A program made the translations under genes and the position numbers. A DNA stretch of 64,000 nucleotides, from contig CM120643.1 of assembly GCA_051362555.1 (NCBI GenBank), positions 24,618,848 to 24,682,847 on the forward strand, in the 5' to 3' direction. Positions 63,261-64,000 of the stretch are shown here, in pieces; positions within the stretch are counted from its first letter, which is position 1, and each line of letters starts with the position of its first letter. The DNA comes from Lingula anatina (taxonomy: Eukaryota; Animalia; Brachiopoda). The notes below the pieces were generated by a model. The model worked only from the letters and a program-made list of their open reading frames with translations. It did not search any database and was not told where the DNA came from.

Positions 63261-64000
63261 GATGTACACCAGTCTGTAGCCTCTAACACACTGACCTGGG
63301 CGAGGCAATGAAAACTTTTATATCACTTAAGCCATGATTTATTGAATGGACATGTCAAATGTTTACAATGTGGGTCTTAGAAAGTTGGTTTTCTACAAAT
63401 ATTTGATAACCGATAGTTTAAGGGCAGCAGCTTATATTTTTTCTATAAATCATGTGTAACACTTGATAACCAGTGACATTTTCAATCACAAACCTCTTTC
63501 TCCTCAGTTTTCCGTAACTATACTCTTTGAAGTAAGTAATGACTGGGCACCACCAGGTACTCTTTTAAATATAAATTACTGAATTCGTCCAGGCACATGC
63601 AAGCACTTTACTTTAAATAACATATAATGTTAATATATTGTATGTACAAACATCTGCTATTAAACTAAGTATGTTTTTACACATTTAGAGATTTCTTTTT
63701 ACATTTTACCCACATAACACCTCTTTTTAAATGTATGTCATGCAACTGAGCTGTAAAAGCTTGTTCTAGTTCAGACATTCAAAAATCATTCTGAAGAAAT
63801 ATTGAAATTATTGTGCAAGTCCACAAACATATGCCCATTAAAAATCACAAGTGGTTAGGAAAACTGTTTTAAATTAATCTGAATTGGTAAGTGTTTGAAA
63901 CACTATCAGTTTGAAAAAACATTTTCCATTGATACTTTCAGCACCTATTTTGCTAGCCTAATTATCCTTGGAATTTTGAATCACACAAGTGTTAAAATTC

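Overview
Eukaryotic, AT-rich, intron-containing DNA from an invertebrate animal (probably a marine lophotrochozoan; taxon not provable from sequence alone). The window is a tandem array of seven minus-strand paralogues (labelled A-G, left to right) encoding secreted 'short-chain collagen C4 / spongin-related' proteins: signal peptide, coiled coil, a TKR|QV dibasic site, Cys plus a short Gly-X-Y stalk rich in G(R/K)D, an amphipathic linker and a Cys-rich collagen-IV-NC1-like head. I spliced all seven by hand on GT-AG junctions. A, B, D, F and G give intact ORFs (354-417 aa); C and E are disrupted by transposons in exon 1. Flanking homology suggests the array continues beyond both window edges. 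The head domain has a nearly invariant framework and about six short hypervariable patches shuffled between paralogues; my main hypothesis is a diversified, collectin-like recognition family. Two copies of the last two exons of ITFG1 (TIP/LINKIN) lie on the plus strand inside the array. The rest is dense with transposons: a 9.65 kb IS3EU-like element with nested Tx1/L1-like LINE, EnSpm-like and Gypsy relics, a 5'-truncated BEL/Pao element, mini-mariners, Kolobok-, Harbinger-, Zator- and hAT-like MITEs, Helentron-type repeats, and 161 bp and 337 bp tandem repeats. All coordinates were counted by eye; no database searches were run.
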